From contig JAYENX010000050.1 in the NCBI GenBank assembly GCA_034722435.1, forward strand, positions 1 to 62,380: DNA of 62,380 nucleotides. Reading direction: 5' to 3'. Of this stretch, positions 8,769 to 18,087 are shown piece by piece. Each line of letters begins with the position of its first letter. The first letter of the stretch is position 1. The position numbers and the translations under genes are program-made. This DNA is from Nanobdellota archaeon. GTDB taxonomy: Archaea > Nanobdellota > Nanobdellia > Woesearchaeales > JAHWHD01. The notes below the pieces were generated by a model. That model was not told where the DNA came from. It saw nothing but the letters and a program-made list of their open reading frames with translations, and did no database searches.

Positions 8769-9367
8769 CCCTCAACATAGATTTTTCCAGCTCCACCAGG
8801 AGAAATCTTAACAGTATATTCACCAACCGCTTCATAAACATGCGAATATTGATCATGAGGACCCATTACTTCGCTCGAGAAAAAATCCTGACTATCACCT
8901 ACGATGGTCCAAAATTTATCCTTCTTATCCTCTACAGGCTTATTAACAAAAACTACTTCCTGTCCAACTTTCGGCCTTGGCTCTTTGGGATCAAAATAAA
9001 CACCTTCAAGAATATTAACAATATAAGGCTCATCCGCAGATACTGAAACAACACCTTCATCCTCAATTACATCTCCAGACTCTTCCTCGTCATTATTTTC
9101 AACACTAATTTCATCATCACTATCTTCAGTTCCTTCATCATCAACAGTTACAATTTCATCACTATTATCCCCAGATTCACTTACATCTTGATCTACAACT
9201 ACATCTTCAACTGTATCTTCACTAGCTTCAACTTCGACATTCACATTTGTACTTGCACCAGACATTTCATCATCTAATCCAGATTCAACATCAACATCCT
9301 TACTACAACCAAACAAAAACATACTTAATATCAACATAGATATCATAAAATAAACAGTTATTTTCAC
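8765..9367 (-). CDS. lipobox protein with acidic linker and cupredoxin-like domain (paralog 2 of 4)
   Basis: Lipobox LFGC and a D/E/S-rich linker. The domain reads PKVGQEVVFVNKP...HDQYSHVYEAVGEYTVKISPGGAGKIYVE. The GTG at 9367, 6 nt after a GAGGTG Shine-Dalgarno, is preferred over the GTG at 9376. Confidence 0.6.
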   Translation of the reverse strand: MKITVYFMISMLILSMFLFGCSKDVDVESGLDDEMSGASTNVNVEVEASEDTVEDVVVDQDVSESGDNSDEIVTVDDEGTEDSDDEISVENNDEEESGDVIEDEGVVSVSADEPYIVNILEGVYFDPKEPRPKVGQEVVFVNKPVEDKKDKFWTIVGDSQDFFSSEVMGPHDQYSHVYEAVGEYTVKISPGGAGKIYVEG

Positions 9368-9377
9368 GTTAAACACC

Positions 9378-9770
9378 TCATTCTACAATTACTTTACCCG
9401 GCTTACCAGGCGAAACAATAAATACATACTCCCCAGGAACTTCATAAACTCTTGACCAAACATCTCCTGGCAAAATTTTTGGACTCTTAAATAGATCCAA
9501 TTTATCACCTAATATCTGATAAGGAATCCTATCACGATTTCTCCATATAACTTCCTGACCTGCCTTTATAGTCACTTCATCAGGCATAGGCACTGTAGAA
9601 AATAAATCAATCACAACCGGTTTCAACTCTTCAACTTCAGGTTGTACAGATTCTTCCGAAACTGGTTCTTCGACCTCAATTTGATTAACTACTGGTTCAA
9701 CAGTTTCAGAAACACAACTAATAACAAGTATAGAAACAACAAATAATCCAAAAATTAAATACCACCTCAT
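9378..9770 (-). CDS. lipobox protein with cupredoxin-like domain (paralog 3 of 4)
   Basis: Lipobox VISC. The domain reads IKAGQEVIWRNRD...GDVWSRVYEVPGEYVFIVSPGKPGKVIVE. Confidence 0.6.
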   Translation of the reverse strand: MRWYLIFGLFVVSILVISCVSETVEPVVNQIEVEEPVSEESVQPEVEELKPVVIDLFSTVPMPDEVTIKAGQEVIWRNRDRIPYQILGDKLDLFKSPKILPGDVWSRVYEVPGEYVFIVSPGKPGKVIVE

Positions 9771-9796
9771 TTTTAAAAAAATAAAATAAAAAAAAT

Positions 9797-10225
9797 TTAT
9801 TCTACTGTTATTGTTCCTCTTACAAATCCAGCAAATGGACCTGATACCCAGTCATAAACGCCAGCTTCTTCAAATAAATAAGAATACTCATCATCCATAT
9901 CTAGATTTTCAGAACTATCAACATTTTCTTTAGCTTCATTCTTAATTAAGATCTTATGCTTTGTCTCTCCTTTATTAAGCCAAGTTACAGTAGCACCAGC
10001 TTCGATAGTTACGTCAGATTCAGACATTTCGAACTTCTCGATTTCAATTGTTTTTCCTTCCGGAACAACAAGTTCTGGCTCAGCTACAGGCTCTGGTTCG
10101 GTAACAACAGGTTCTGTCACTACAGGTTCAGTTTCTACTTCATCTTTTTTACATCCTGTAAGAACACCTGCAATTACTAACAAAGCAACAATAGCCAAAA
10201 TAGCAATTACATTCCTCGTTTTCAT
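9797..10225 (-). CDS. lipobox protein with cupredoxin-like domain (paralog 4 of 4)
   Basis: Lipobox LTGC, a repeated EPVVT linker, and the domain IEAGATVTWLNKGETKHKI...YSYLFEEAGVYDWVSGPFAGFVRGTITVE. The ATG at 10225, 9 nt after a GAGGTG Shine-Dalgarno, is preferred over the GTG at 10237. Confidence 0.6.
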   Translation of the reverse strand: MKTRNVIAILAIVALLVIAGVLTGCKKDEVETEPVVTEPVVTEPEPVAEPELVVPEGKTIEIEKFEMSESDVTIEAGATVTWLNKGETKHKILIKNEAKENVDSSENLDMDDEYSYLFEEAGVYDWVSGPFAGFVRGTITVE

Positions 10226-10366
10226 TGTATTTTTCACCTCAAAATTATAAAATTATATACTGTTCAGTGATATCGTATTTAAATAGTTTTTGGTTATCTA
10301 GTTGCGAACAATAGTAAGTTATAATAAATTTTAGCAACTAAATATAGAAAGACAAACAAATTATAA

Positions 10367-10906
10367 TTAATTTTTGTCTTTCTTTAATCTCTTCTGTTTC
10401 TTAATCTTAGACGTCCTCTTCTTAGATTTCCCTTTTATTTTCTTTTTTACAACCTTTTTATTACCCTTTTTCTTAACAGGTTTCTTAATAACTTTTTTTT
10501 TAAACAGTTTTTTAATTTTAATTATCAAATTTTTCTTAACAGGTTTCTTTGCTCTTTTCTTTTTCACTACCGATTCCTTTATTATCTTTTTCTTAGTTGC
10601 CTTATTCTTCACTACTTTTTTCTTCTTAACACTTTTTTTATTTTTCACTTTAGGTTTCATATTTTTCTTAACTTTATTCACTACTTTCACTTTCTTAACA
10701 GATTTCTTTTTTACAACCTTTTTATTACTCTTTTTCTTAACAGCACGTTTAATAACCCTTACATTAACAGCTTTCTTTACAGGTATTTTGATAGTCTCAG
10801 CAAAAACCAAACCACAATCTCTACATACTAAAGCTGAATTATATTTACTATAGAACAAGTCCATGCTACCGCATTCAGGACACTCCTTCACCTCTTTAAG
10901 ATTCAT
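10367..10906 (-). CDS. TFIIB-type zinc-ribbon protein with ~130-aa poly-Lys tail
   Basis: The N-terminus CPECGSMDLFYSKYNSALVCRDCGLVF is a C4 ribbon like the TFB/TFIIB N-terminus. The remainder consists of KKKxVKK-type repeats. An AGGTGAT Shine-Dalgarno precedes the gene, which starts 5 nt after the lonB stop. Confidence 0.6.
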   Translation of the reverse strand: MNLKEVKECPECGSMDLFYSKYNSALVCRDCGLVFAETIKIPVKKAVNVRVIKRAVKKKSNKKVVKKKSVKKVKVVNKVKKNMKPKVKNKKSVKKKKVVKNKATKKKIIKESVVKKKRAKKPVKKNLIIKIKKLFKKKVIKKPVKKKGNKKVVKKKIKGKSKKRTSKIKKQKRLKKDKN

Positions 10907-10910
10907 ACTA

Positions 10911-12779
10911 TCACCTTTTTTCTAATTTTTTCAGGATAGACTCAAAACCTTTCCAATCCAAAGCCTCTTTCAAGACCTCAATAATATTTACAACAGGTAT
11001 AATCTTTATCTTTTTTAATTTATCAGCAGGAATAACTATATCTTTTATATTAGATTTAGGAACAATAACTTTCTTTATACCTGTTTCGATTGCTGCTTCC
11101 ACTTTACTACTAACTCCACCAACTGGCAAAACCTCGCCCCTTACAGATAAACTACCTGTCATTGCAGTATCCTGTTTTACAGGTACATTTTTAAGAGCAG
11201 ATATTATCGAAGTTGCAACCGCTATTGAAGCAGAATCGCCTTCAACACCTTCATACGTTTGAAGAAACTGCACATAAATATCATACTTCTCTTTTATATC
11301 ATCACCAAAATTTTTCTTAATTATAGCAGCAACATTCTTAACAGCCTCTTTCGCAATTTCCCCAAGTTTACCTGTAGCAACAATCTCTTTCTCTTTACCA
11401 CCAGGAGTAACCTGACTTTCTATTGGCAATATAATACCTGAATAACTATTATCACCACCAATAACAGCTAGACCATTAACCCTACCAACTTTCTGTCCAG
11501 ATGTAACAATCACTTCATACTCTTTCTTTCTATCAATATACTTATCAGCTATTTGTTTCTCTAAAGTACGCGCTATTTTCTTAGCATCCCTAACATGTTT
11601 AGCTTTGACCAACTTAGAACCATCTTCCATTGCCAAATCTCCAGCAGCCCTCACTAAACCACCAAGCTCACGTAATCTTAAAGTAAGATGGTCCTTACGA
11701 TTAGCCATCTTTCGCGCCTCTTCAATTATGGCATTAACGGCATCTTTAGCAAAATGCGGAATCTTCTTATCCTTTACAATTTCTTGCGCTACAAATATCG
11801 CAATTTTATCACGGTTATCAGGAGTATCAGGCATCGTATCATTCATATAAATTTCATATCCATACCCTCTAATTCTACTTCTCAAAGCTGGATGCATTTT
11901 CTTAATAGTCTCCATATTACCAGCTGCAACTAAAATAAAATTACAAGGCACTGCCTCAGTCCTTACCATAGCACCAGCACTTCTTTCTGATTGACCAGTT
12001 ATAGGATACTTACCTTCTTGTAAAGAAGTCAACAATTCTTGTTGAGTATGCGGCGCAAGCGTAGCAATCTCATCAACAAAAAGTACACCCATGTGCCCTT
12101 TATGTATCATACCTGCCACCACTCTTTCATTAGCCGGAGTTCCTAAACCTCCTGATTGAAACGGATCGTGTAATACATCCCCTAAAAGAGCACCTGCATG
12201 AGCTCCTGTTGCATCAAAGAACGGTGCTTGTTTTTTCCCAAAATTATCAACTATAGTCTTTGGCGGATTAACTTTACCAGGTCCAACAGTCGGCTTTCTA
12301 TAAAATACATTAACAAATATTACAAATGCAACTAAAAACATCATACCTCCGATAAAGAAAGCTGCAAACATAACATCTGATTTATAATAATATCTTGCCC
12401 ACCACGGAACAATCATAGCCAATATTACAAAAAATAACATAATATAATTTTGATTCTTAAAACTTGAAATATTCTGAGCCTTTGCTTTTGAAACCAGATC
12501 ACGACCTTGCCCAGCTGGCACTGTCCTTACCAAAGGCTGATTCTCATCATTAGGATTTGTAAAAGAAAGTATATCTACTAATTTTTCTTTAGGAAGAAGT
12601 TCTGCTAATGCCAATCCAAGCATACTTTTACCTGTGCCAGGTTCACCAATTAATAACACGTGCCTTCTCTGTTTTGCAGATTTTCTAATTACATCAACAG
12701 CACTATCCTGACCCATTACCTGGTCTACAATCTTCTTACTAACAGAAATGTCTTTTGTTGAAGAATATTTTAACACCAT
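10911..12779 (-). CDS. lonB: archaeal membrane-bound Lon protease (LonB)
   Basis: Walker [12 protein letters not shown], two TM helices inserted in the AAA+ module ([15 protein letters not shown] / [15 protein letters not shown]), and a C-terminal Lon protease domain ([32 protein letters not shown]). The ATG at 12779 is preferred over the TTG at 12788. Confidence 0.95.
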   Translation of the reverse strand: MVLKYSSTKDISVSKKIVDQVMGQDSAVDVIRKSAKQRRHVLLIGEPGTGKSMLGLALAELLPKEKLVDILSFTNPNDENQPLVRTVPAGQGRDLVSKAKAQNISSFKNQNYIMLFFVILAMIVPWWARYYYKSDVMFAAFFIGGMMFLVAFVIFVNVFYRKPTVGPGKVNPPKTIVDNFGKKQAPFFDATGAHAGALLGDVLHDPFQSGGLGTPANERVVAGMIHKGHMGVLFVDEIATLAPHTQQELLTSLQEGKYPITGQSERSAGAMVRTEAVPCNFILVAAGNMETIKKMHPALRSRIRGYGYEIYMNDTMPDTPDNRDKIAIFVAQEIVKDKKIPHFAKDAVNAIIEEARKMANRKDHLTLRLRELGGLVRAAGDLAMEDGSKLVKAKHVRDAKKIARTLEKQIADKYIDRKKEYEVIVTSGQKVGRVNGLAVIGGDNSYSGIILPIESQVTPGGKEKEIVATGKLGEIAKEAVKNVAAIIKKNFGDDIKEKYDIYVQFLQTYEGVEGDSASIAVATSIISALKNVPVKQDTAMTGSLSVRGEVLPVGGVSSKVEAAIETGIKKVIVPKSNIKDIVIPADKLKKIKIIPVVNIIEVLKEALDWKGFESILKKLEKR

Positions 12780-12904
12780 CCAAATCAATTAGAAGTTTTT
12801 GATTTATATAGTTTACTATCCTCATTTATATTAACCCAAAACTCTAAACATTCAAATAAAAAAATCACCAAACATTTAAATACTGTTTAAATATAAATAC
12901 TACA

Positions 12905-13711
12905 ATGGCAAAGAAATTTGACTATATAGATACACTAGGAGAATCTCTTAAACAACTTTTCTCTAATGGAAAGATATTCATACCTATTGCTAGTTTTATA
13001 TTTGTAAACTATTTCCTTAACCTGTTATACATTCCAAGCATATCAAGCATTTTTCAAGGAGTCTTTGATTTCAGATTCTTGATATACATCCCTATAATGT
13101 TCATCGTATCAGTATTATTCTATTCGTGGTTTTATATTGAAATTAAAAATATAACTGACGGAAAAAAGATAAAAACTTACAAAGACTTTGTTAAAGGTCT
13201 AAAAAAAAGCTGGGAACTGATAGGCCTCTACATCCTTTTATTCCTTATACTTATAGGAGTGGCACTAGTTCTTGTATTATTATTAGGTTTTGCATTCTTT
13301 GCTTTAGCTATTAACATAATCTTCGGCATAATACTATCTATAATTATAGGAATCCTTGCTATCTTGATAACCTTCAGTTTTGGCTCTGCAGCAATGTACG
13401 CACCAGTAATATTTTTTACTGATAACTTAAGCATTGTTAAAACTTTAAAAAGAACATACGAATTTTTCATGAAAAAGAAAGGACACTGCATAATCATGTT
13501 TTTGATATATCTTGCAGTAATTATGGTCTCAAGCGTTATTGGTAATATGTTTATATATCTCGCAGTACCTGCAACAGAAGTCCAATTTCTTATGATAAAC
13601 GACCCGTTAAAATATGTTACACTTTCAATCCCTTCTATGATTATAGGCGCAACAGCATTCGTCTGGATATACATATTCTATTTCAGAACTTATAAAAAAT
13701 TTAAAAAATGA
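12905..13711 (+). CDS. hypothetical polytopic membrane protein
   Basis: About 6 hydrophobic segments. A TATA-like aaacatttaaata lies about 25 nt upstream of the ATG. No family recognised. Confidence 0.5.
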   Translation: MAKKFDYIDTLGESLKQLFSNGKIFIPIASFIFVNYFLNLLYIPSISSIFQGVFDFRFLIYIPIMFIVSVLFYSWFYIEIKNITDGKKIKTYKDFVKGLKKSWELIGLYILLFLILIGVALVLVLLLGFAFFALAINIIFGIILSIIIGILAILITFSFGSAAMYAPVIFFTDNLSIVKTLKRTYEFFMKKKGHCIIMFLIYLAVIMVSSVIGNMFIYLAVPATEVQFLMINDPLKYVTLSIPSMIIGATAFVWIYIFYFRTYKKFKK

Positions 13712-13760
13712 TTAATGCACACCAACAATAATTAAATACCTAACCACATTCTTTTCCTTT

Positions 13761-13982
13761 ATGCACAACAAAATAGTTTACTCAATTATAATTTTCTCTG
13801 TCATAACTTTAACAATAATAGCACTCTCAAGCCCTACCAGGTCAGAATCTCCTGAAATAAAAGAACATATAAAAGTTGTAAAAGATAAAACTTTAAGTTT
13901 AATTGATTATATAGGATTAGGGGGTTCGATAGGGATAGGAATCATAATGATTGGCTCATTCTTAAAATGGACTAAAGAATGA
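13761..13982 (+). CDS. small membrane protein (N-terminal signal/anchor plus C-terminal Gly-rich TM)
   Basis: 73 aa with two hydrophobic segments. Its stop overlaps the start of the next ORF (ATGA). Confidence 0.4.
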   Translation: MHNKIVYSIIIFSVITLTIIALSSPTRSESPEIKEHIKVVKDKTLSLIDYIGLGGSIGIGIIMIGSFLKWTKE

Positions 13983-14317
13983 AAGAAAAAACATTACTAA
14001 AAGTTTCTCTAATCATAACTTTGGCAGGAATCACAATCCTATTCATAATGTCACAATCGTTAGATATTAACGAAAAAATAATCTCAACTGATAACATCGG
14101 TAAAGATGTAAAAATAACGGGTCTTGTAACAAGAATTACAGATAAAGAAAACGTCATGTTCATAGAAATATCCAAACCTGATAAGATTAACGCATGTATA
14201 TTCAAGAACAAAATAAATAATATTGACATAAAAGTTAACGACAAAGTAACAGTTGAAGGGGAAATTGAAGAATACAAAGGAAATCTGGAACTAATAATAA
14301 ACAAAATAAAAAAATAA
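13979..14317 (+). CDS. membrane-anchored OB-fold (tRNA_anti-like) protein
   Basis: An N-terminal TM is followed by VKITGLVTRITDKENVMFIEISKPDKINACIF...VTVEGEIEEYKGNLELII, which is typical of an OB-fold nucleic-acid-binding domain. Confidence 0.5.
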   Translation: MKEKTLLKVSLIITLAGITILFIMSQSLDINEKIISTDNIGKDVKITGLVTRITDKENVMFIEISKPDKINACIFKNKINNIDIKVNDKVTVEGEIEEYKGNLELIINKIKK

Positions 14318-14328
14318 TCAAACTTCTA

Positions 14329-15096
14329 TCAGTGTGCATGTACAGGTGCATAAAGAATAACTAGAACAATTATAGCTATACCTATGAAAATTGCCGCTAA
14401 ATGTAATATGGTATCTTTTAACTTACAATGCCTATGCAACTGCGGTAAAAGATTTGACGCTGCAATATAAATGAAATTACCTGCCGCAAACGGAATTATA
14501 AAATGTGTAAAACCATGAATCTTTTCAATCAAAAAGAAACCTAACACAGTTCCAACAATAGCCGTAGCCGCAGATACAAAATTAAATACTAAAGCTTTCT
14601 TCTTAGAAAGACCAGAATAAAGAAGAACACCAAAATCTGCAATCTCCTGCGGAACTTCATGAAATATGATTGACACTGTAGCCGCAATCCCTAAAGTAAT
14701 ATTAACTGCATAAGCACCAGCAATCACAAGACCATCAATAAAATTATGTATACCATCACCAATAAGATTGACAGGAGCGACATTATACGCATGCCCATGA
14801 CCACAATCTCCCGTCTCACATTTTTTATGATGATGAAAATGTATAAACTTCTCCAATATAAACATAACAACAAAACCAAGAAGAATATAAATCCCAGTCA
14901 TAAGAGTATAACCATGTTCAATCATCTCAGGAAGAAAATTTAAAAATACAGTACTGAGCAAAACTCCAACTGAAATACTAAGCAAGAACAAAAGCAACCT
15001 AGTTGATAATTTCTTTTTAATAAGTAAAGGAATTGCAACAACAATTGAAATTAATGAAACAATTATTACACTTATTATTGGATAAATAAAATTCAT
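14329..15096 (-). CDS. ZIP-family divalent metal transporter (ZupT-like)
   Basis: ZIP signatures GDGIHNFIDGL and HEVPQEIADFGVL, plus a His-rich loop HFHHHKKCETGDCGHGH. The ATG at 15096 is preferred over the TTG at 15117. Confidence 0.85.
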   Translation of the reverse strand: MNFIYPIISVIIVSLISIVVAIPLLIKKKLSTRLLLFLLSISVGVLLSTVFLNFLPEMIEHGYTLMTGIYILLGFVVMFILEKFIHFHHHKKCETGDCGHGHAYNVAPVNLIGDGIHNFIDGLVIAGAYAVNITLGIAATVSIIFHEVPQEIADFGVLLYSGLSKKKALVFNFVSAATAIVGTVLGFFLIEKIHGFTHFIIPFAAGNFIYIAASNLLPQLHRHCKLKDTILHLAAIFIGIAIIVLVILYAPVHAH

Positions 15097-15185
15097 AAAT
15101 ACGAATAATAAATCCAAGGTTTAAATATATTACTAAATGGTAAACAAATACTAACAACCCGCAAACTCTCCAAGAATCCTTTTTA

Positions 15186-15202
15186 AAAAACCAAAAACAT
15201 AA
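15186..15202. repeat. Left copy of a 17-bp direct repeat aaaaaccaaaaacataa flanking the NTase/HEPN cassette
   Basis: An exact 17-mer recurs at 16226-16242. The two copies bracket only the two cassette genes. Confidence 0.8.
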
Positions 15203-15212
15203 TCTACAAACT

Positions 15213-15647
15213 TCACTTTTTATTTAAATCATCAGTTATTACGTGTTTTTCCAATTCCTTAATCAATCGAGGTATCTCCCTAACTGCTTCTTTAACTGTC
15301 TCTATATCAATATTATCCCCATAATAATTGATTCCATTCCTTAACCTTCTATATCTATCAAACTTTTTATAAACAGATTCCTCATTTAAAACATCCCTCA
15401 AAAAATAACTGATAGATATATGATCTAAAAACTTATATCCATACAAATAACCAAGAGCTTCGCAGTATTCTCTTAAACCTTCATACAATTCTCTTAAAAT
15501 TGTTTTAGTGGAATTAATATTCAAAGATATCAATTTAGCAGTCATAACAGCCTGAGTTGAAGACTTAAACAAACTTAAAGCACGTATTTTATTTAAATTG
15601 ACTTTTTTAACTTTACCTTCACCTAAACAGAACTCAAAATTCATCAT
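15213..15647 (-). CDS. HEPN-domain protein (pair 1)
   Basis: All-helical 144-aa protein with FDRYRRLRNGINYYG. It is paralogous to the ORF at 30359-30778, and its start overlaps the stop of the upstream NTase. Confidence 0.65.
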   Translation of the reverse strand: MMNFEFCLGEGKVKKVNLNKIRALSLFKSSTQAVMTAKLISLNINSTKTILRELYEGLREYCEALGYLYGYKFLDHISISYFLRDVLNEESVYKKFDRYRRLRNGINYYGDNIDIETVKEAVREIPRLIKELEKHVITDDLNKK

Positions 15648-16174
15648 ATAACCTCTAACTCACCAGATAAAACAATACCATTACAAATGTTATTCACCAA
15701 ATTAGGATTTGATTTCTTCATATTTTTCCAGTCCTTTTTACTAAATTTATGTATAGATACTTTTCTATTCAGTATCTTCTCATATTTCTTAACAGAAAAA
15801 TCTTTATCAACATTGGAAATTAAACAAATATCTATATCACTGGTTAAATCATCCATTGCAGAAGCATAACTTCCAAATAAAACAATAACTGGAAAGTCAA
15901 ACTTTTGTTCCAAATCTTCAACAAGATTAGACTCTCTAATTTTTTCAAAGTTATAATAAAATTTCAAATTCAAAGTTTTTTTAGTTAAAAACAACCTAAA
16001 AAACGAATACACTCCTTCTTTTTTTAAAAACAAAAACCCCTCTTTGACTAACATATTAAGATACTGTCTAACAGTAGTATGATTAATTTCTAAAATTCTT
16101 GCAAGTTCCCTAATACTAAATTTCCTATTAGGATCTTCAAAAAAAGATTTAAGAATGGTTAGTTTTCTTTCCAT
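15644..16174 (-). CDS. winged-HTH + minimal nucleotidyltransferase (MNT-like, pair 1)
   Basis: wHTH segment FSIRELARILEINHTTVRQYLNMLVKEGFL. Polbeta-type NTase motif FGSYASAMDDLTSDIDI (G[SG] ... DxD). Confidence 0.7.
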   Translation of the reverse strand: MERKLTILKSFFEDPNRKFSIRELARILEINHTTVRQYLNMLVKEGFLFLKKEGVYSFFRLFLTKKTLNLKFYYNFEKIRESNLVEDLEQKFDFPVIVLFGSYASAMDDLTSDIDICLISNVDKDFSVKKYEKILNRKVSIHKFSKKDWKNMKKSNPNLVNNICNGIVLSGELEVI

Positions 16175-16225
16175 ATGTAAGCATATACTTCCAGTTGTTT
16201 ATAAATCTTTCCATCAGTCTATCTT

Positions 16226-16242
16226 AAAAACCAAAAACATAA
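16226..16242. repeat. Right copy of the 17-bp direct repeat aaaaaccaaaaacataa
   Basis: Identical to 15186-15202. It lies in the promoter region of the ORF at 16268. Confidence 0.8.
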
Positions 16243-16267
16243 AACCCCAAACACATCCTTCAACTAA

Positions 16268-17479
16268 ATGTTCATAGAAATCATCATAGCATTATTAGTG
16301 GGCGTTCTTTTCGGAACCATAACCGGCCTCATACCTGGTGTCCACGTAAATCTCATCTCAATCATCCTTCTTTCCTTGACAGGCTACCTTCTTGGTTTCA
16401 CTAGTCCACTTATCCTCGCAGTGTTCATAATCTCCATGGCAATAACTCATACATTCTTAGACCCTATTCCATCAATCTTCCTTGGTGCCCCTGATGCAGA
16501 TACAGCCCTAGCTGTACTTCCAGGACATAAACTTCTTCTGGAAGGTAAAGGTTACGAAGCTGTAAAACTTACTGTCATAGGTTCACTCCTCTGCCTCATT
16601 CTAACCATTATACTTATACCCTTACTCATACCCGTAGCACCGACAATCTATAACTTCATCAAACCTTATATGGGTTGGATTCTTGTTGCAGTTGTCACTT
16701 TCATGATATTAAAAGAAAAAACTTTAAAGAAAAAGTTCTGGGCATTCACAGTTTTCTCAATCTCAGGCATTCTAGGATTGATAGTCCTTAACCTAAACTC
16801 TCTTGAACAACCACTCTTTCCATTATTATCAGGTTTATTTGGTATAAGTATATTGGTTACATCTCTAAACACTAAAGTCACACTACCAAAACAAATAATA
16901 TCTGAAACTATCCACGTTTCAAAAAAAAACATTGCTAAATCAATAACAGCCGGAACTTTCTCAGGCACATTAACAGGCCTCTTCCCCGGCCTCGGAGCTG
17001 CACAAGCCGCAATTATAGGAACCCAACTTACAGGAAACATTGGCAGTCACGCTTTTATGATCTTAGTAGGAGGAGTTAACACTGTTAACTTCATGTTTTC
17101 ATTAGTTACTTTATACACCCTACAAAAAGCAAGAAACGGAGCAGTAATCGCTGTTATGGAAATAATAAAATCAATCAATATTAAAGAGCTCATAATCTTC
17201 ATTGCCGTCGCTTTAATTGTCGGAGGAATAGCAACATTCTTAGCCCTAAAAATCACAAAAATCTTCGCAAGAATTATCAACAAGATTAATTACCAAAAAT
17301 TAGTATTCGGAATCATTATCCTTATAACAACACTAATATTTATTTTCTCCAAACCGTTAGGATTATTAGTATTATTTATCTCAACAGCAGCAGGAATTAT
17401 ACCTTCAGCTGTAGGTGTAGGAAAGAACCACGCAATGGGATGTTTACTTCTACCTGTTATTTTATTTTTTTTAATTTAG
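16268..17479 (+). CDS. TctA-like (DUF112) polytopic membrane transporter
   Basis: About 10-12 TM segments and duplicated motifs GLIPGVH / GLFPGLGAAQAA, typical of the tripartite tricarboxylate transporter large subunit family. Confidence 0.5.
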   Translation: MFIEIIIALLVGVLFGTITGLIPGVHVNLISIILLSLTGYLLGFTSPLILAVFIISMAITHTFLDPIPSIFLGAPDADTALAVLPGHKLLLEGKGYEAVKLTVIGSLLCLILTIILIPLLIPVAPTIYNFIKPYMGWILVAVVTFMILKEKTLKKKFWAFTVFSISGILGLIVLNLNSLEQPLFPLLSGLFGISILVTSLNTKVTLPKQIISETIHVSKKNIAKSITAGTFSGTLTGLFPGLGAAQAAIIGTQLTGNIGSHAFMILVGGVNTVNFMFSLVTLYTLQKARNGAVIAVMEIIKSINIKELIIFIAVALIVGGIATFLALKITKIFARIINKINYQKLVFGIIILITTLIFIFSKPLGLLVLFISTAAGIIPSAVGVGKNHAMGCLLLPVILFFLI

Positions 17480-17488
17480 AATTTCACT

Positions 17489-17767
17489 TTATAAATTTTT
17501 ATAAATATTCTTTCTATGACCTACTTTGATTACCAAGATAAGCAATTTACCATTATCAATATCCATTAATATCCTATAATCGCCCACCCTTAACTTAAAA
17601 ACATTATCACCAACCAGCTTCGTAACATAAGATTCAGGCCTTATTCTAATCCTCTGCAAAGAATTGATTATCCTTTTTTGAATATCTTTTTCCAATTTAA
17701 GGAATTGTTTTTTAGCCTTATCGGAAAATAATAAATCATACACGAAAAAAACACCTCGTTTTTTCAT
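17489..17767 (-). CDS. RelE/ParE-family type II toxin
   Basis: FKLRVGDYRILMDIDNGKLLILVIKVGHRKNIY matches the RelE/StbE C-terminal signature. The ORF is 92 aa. Confidence 0.8.
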   Translation of the reverse strand: MKKRGVFFVYDLLFSDKAKKQFLKLEKDIQKRIINSLQRIRIRPESYVTKLVGDNVFKLRVGDYRILMDIDNGKLLILVIKVGHRKNIYKNL

Positions 17768-17801
17768 AATCTAAAAAGTTCAAAGAAATTTTGAAAGACA
17801 T

Positions 17802-18020
17802 TTACAAACCTGCTTCTTTTTTAACTTGTTCCAGAGAATAAACCATTCCCTTCTTTATATCTGCACGCGCTTCTGCAATTTCCTTTTTAGTCTCTTCACT
17901 TATCTCCATTGTGTCATCTATCATATCCCAAATTACCTCTTCATAAGTCTCATTATCGTATAACTTTCGCTTAGTCAAAGTCTGTTGCAAATTCTCACTA
18001 ATCTGTATTGTTGTCACCAT
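17802..18020 (-). CDS. putative antitoxin partner of RelE
   Basis: A small (72 aa) acidic ORF directly upstream of the toxin. A BRE/TATA (cgaaaattttatatac) lies about 27 nt upstream of the ATG. Confidence 0.55.
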   Translation of the reverse strand: MVTTIQISENLQQTLTKRKLYDNETYEEVIWDMIDDTMEISEETKKEIAEARADIKKGMVYSLEQVKKEAGL

Positions 18021-18087
18021 AGTGAACTATAGTACGCTGTAGTATATAAAATTTTCGTAATTTTAAAAGAAATCAACATATCAAAAT

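Noticed and set aside
10374-10853. 159-aa Phe/Leu-rich ORF on the + strand
   Set aside because: It is the mirror image of the AAA/AAG-rich poly-Lys gene on the minus strand. The poly-Phe/Leu translation is an artefact of TTT/CTT complements.
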